From IMG/VR virus record IMGVR_UViG_3300044633_000631, positions 14,741-78,740 of that record: 64,000 nucleotides of DNA. The stretch is one strand, 5' to 3'. The position numbers and the translations under genes were made by a program. The notes beneath the pieces were generated by a model. It saw nothing but the letters and a program-made list of their open reading frames with translations, was not told where the DNA came from and did no database searches. This DNA is from a virus. This document shows, one piece after another, positions 62,401 to 64,000 of the stretch. Position 1 is the stretch's first letter. Each line of letters opens with the position of its first letter.

Positions 62401-64000
62401 GCACCCAATCAGACATTTCTCCAGTATTATCCCAAGAGTATTTCCCTAGCGCTGTCCTAACTAATTGGCCTGCACCACTAATGCCCTTCATCATTAATTT
62501 ATTGAAAGCAGCAATGCCGTAATCCTTTCCACCATAATTAACAGAAGAATTTGAAGGCAATCCTGATGTAAATGCAGAACCCAATGAGTCCATTATAGGC
62601 GCATATTCAGGCATCCAATAATGCCCTGTAGGATTACCATTAGCATCATAAGTTTTTAATTTACCTAATGCATCAAAGAATCCTTTATTATCTTTAGTTG
62701 CATATTTACCACTTTTAATACCTGCCGCATAGTCTCCAATTGTTAGGTCACCAGGCAATCCTTTTCCAAAAGTACCAGCTCTAATTTGATTAAGTACATC
62801 AGCATATTCTGCTGTTTGTTTTGCCGGTATTACATACTCCCCATTCGATAATCGAACTGGAATTGAATCCGATGTACCAGTACCAGGGCCTTTAACTAGA
62901 CCGCTGAGAGGAATGTCTTTGCCAGTTCCTGCTAAACCCCCTGTAGCTTGCGGGAATAAACTAGCAACAGAATCAATTCTTATGCCTTTTACCAAGTCAG
63001 TGAGGAAGTCAAAGGCTACCGTCCCGAGTGATTTTATCTCATTCGCCCATTTACTAGGTTCAAAAGCTGGCAAATCAATATTACCGAACCACTCCGCAAT
63101 ATCACCAGAAATATCATTAGATAAATTAGGAAATATTTTGGAAGGATCAAAGCTAAATAATCCAGCCCAATCTACTTTGTTTATTTCTGTGCCAATATAT
63201 TCAAACGGCTTTAACAAAGTTTTACCAACTTCTTTGATTGGTTGCAAAGAAAGATAATCAGAAAATTTAGTCTCTGTAACTAATTTACCGATATATGTAA
63301 AGGGCTTTAGTACAGCTTTTCCAACACCAGAAAGATCTTCTAATGATATGTAATCACTAAACTTTTTGGCAGAAACTTGGTTATAAATCCAAGTAAACGG
63401 TGTTAAAGCTGCTTTAAATGTTTTGGTTACAGTTTCTATAGAAAAGAATTTACTATAATCAATACTGGTAGGAAGATTATTAGAAAGATATGTAAAAGGT
63501 TTTAAAGGAATTTTAGCAACATCTATTATATCTTCTGTAGTAAACATAGTACTAAAATCGATCTCTTTGATTTTACCATATGCCCATGCAAAGGGTGTTA
63601 AAGGAATTTTAGCAATACTAAGTACGTTATCAGTAGTAAAGCTATCCTTCATGGGATCAAAAACGGTCTCTTTGATTTTATCATATGCCCATATAAAGGG
63701 TGTTAAAGGAAGTTTAGCAACACTAAGTATTTTATCAATATTAAAGCTATCCTTCATACTACTAAAATCGGTCTCTTTGATTTTATCATATGCCCATATA
63801 AAGGGTGTTAAAGGGAGTTTAGCAACACTAAGTATTTTATCAATATTAAAGCTATCCTTCATACTACTAAAATCGGTCTCTTTGATTTTATCATATGCCC
63901 ATATAAAGGGTGTTAAAGGGAGTTTAGCAACACTAAGTATTTTATCAATATTAAAGCTATCCTTCATACTACTAAAATCGGTCTCTTTGATTTTATCATA
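59459..64000 (-). CDS. tape measure protein, C-terminal part (5' end outside window)
   Basis: Open frame to the window edge; amphipathic 35-aa repeats; two GPGTGTSDSIP..LSNGE motifs; INMNITGD C-terminus. Confidence 0.8.
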   Translation of the reverse strand, partial: YDKIKETDFSSMKDSFNIDKILSVAKLPLTPFIWAYDKIKETDFSSMKDSFNIDKILSVAKLPLTPFIWAYDKIKETDFSSMKDSFNIDKILSVAKLPLTPFIWAYDKIKETVFDPMKDSFTTDNVLSIAKIPLTPFAWAYGKIKEIDFSTMFTTEDIIDVAKIPLKPFTYLSNNLPTSIDYSKFFSIETVTKTFKAALTPFTWIYNQVSAKKFSDYISLEDLSGVGKAVLKPFTYIGKLVTETKFSDYLSLQPIKEVGKTLLKPFEYIGTEINKVDWAGLFSFDPSKIFPNLSNDISGDIAEWFGNIDLPAFEPSKWANEIKSLGTVAFDFLTDLVKGIRIDSVASLFPQATGGLAGTGKDIPLSGLVKGPGTGTSDSIPVRLSNGEYVIPAKQTAEYADVLNQIRAGTFGKGLPGDLTIGDYAAGIKSGKYATKDNKGFFDALGKLKTYDANGNPTGHYWMPEYAPIMDSLGSAFTSGLPSNSSVNYGGKDYGIAAFNKLMMKGISGAGQLVRTALGKYSWDNTGEMSDWVPTMGDTLAVGTSTLNRESLINAVAGNISGLSANDYKIDPNFTTLADLTYTNALGSTKSKGTKDAVTGEWSYKEVLPAGMDSFSEATKDALLAPKPMAPSSSWHILTDQGKQNYVAHSADIFSRVAAHNKYVKDTVANPKVFANLGANDINSVGAWNQKWTEVVGTQAEKIAKGLTVGNRYLGAANTNEFNIGKVIDASLATVGGNKELKDFLEKAGYTQDATGIDKLISDDKNASILKQVAANASKTNQVALNGYSIPANVMASLISDKQLGMGHWGLDSNTGSYNYTEDDVATGAKIRETVLGLTNTQGETIAERVPVDKPVLQLDTQGKWKFPEIKVPAETQQKISAQLVKKVATKQTKVSDWIQPKVPAKTSTTPYMTVDLSTRKVGLNQGSDPFAHIKELLSPTGVKKFGSDSVKMASYLADKLYKTGTDTAISLKDFYNSMTADGYIDAGKVGALPDFKLPDTLFALDNVKTKFPFDAKFLGEQFASDTWAGYTLQGSADNPNGSYFPFLLDKNASPKNVSGAKANLDQLVAYVKAGGAMTSEQTLGADWVLGKSNFDINKLRPPTMLDKIGNWLIKPAGADAGVPPVLQAYDTSTAAGLSQFYPKIFSDSIYANKALDSITGAVGSPVSPAELDLLSNDINFNELTSSLSGKLNQDWGANILTDIRANSNLPTVIDQSTYPNPNYGLWDRVLSWVGLSDKAQTLTAEQYYDYRLYKDYKPLAVSKPSGPSNFKFTTDPITQVPMFAVGSGNLLKDWAADPNPAITLAKDVQGTGMASNWDAGWKNDFGFSNNNMTDLSDGITALMATVTTNPGETAMSLLKSVGQSAGLSILLGLGANILSSFFSGSGGSDYYGFGTAATGGLITGPGTGTSDSIPTMLSNGEFVINAAATAKNRALVEAINSGATISSAASPIMAVPTASKANSTTNTITNNSVINMNITGDISRQTRAEISQMLPQIAAGVNQYNRERNYRG
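63550..64000. repeat. 105-bp tandem repeat inside tape measure
   Basis: ATATAAAGGGTGTTAAAGG at 63691, 63796 and 63901; unit MKDSFNIDKILSVAKLPLTPFIWAYDKIKETDFSS. Confidence 0.9.

Noticed and set aside
1456-63257. All plus-strand ORFs in the track
   Set aside because: They are short antisense shadows of strong minus-strand genes, with no recognisable motifs or operon structure
1-64000. Stop-codon reassignment, diversity-generating retroelement, integrase/lysogeny module, introns or inteins
   Set aside because: Genes are full length under the standard code with TAA, TAG and TGA all used as stops. No reverse transcriptase, integrase, or intein/intron signature was recognised; the RNAP insert lacks intein C/S...HN ends

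Overview
This window is about 64 kb of an AT-rich, apparently lytic tailed-phage genome (siphovirus-like, with a long tape measure). Essentially all real genes are on the minus strand. In transcription order (high to low coordinates) it runs: tail module (tape measure C-terminus, distal tail, tail tip, adhesin, holin-like gene, phoH), then a GC-rich non-coding block near 50 kb that may be the genome end/junction. After that come small early genes, a T7-like single-subunit RNA polymerase and a T7-like replication module (SSB, DNA polymerase A, exonuclease, primase-helicase, nrdB/nrdA, ligase). Next is an ~8 kb array of small paralogous ORFs, then terminase, a fibre/accessory block carrying heme oxygenase, a PcyX-like bilin reductase and lysozyme, and finally portal, a 1775-aa MuF/SPP1-gp7 head protein fused to a second complete single-subunit RNA polymerase, scaffold and major capsid. 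The main candidate novel system is a two-RNAP transcription programme. One RNAP is fused to a portal-associated minor head protein, so it is probably packaged and injected. Two different repeated intergenic motifs (a 24-nt motif in 2 copies at the early end and a 20-nt motif in 7 copies in front of operons) are candidate cognate promoters. All calls come from motif reading by eye; no database searches were run.
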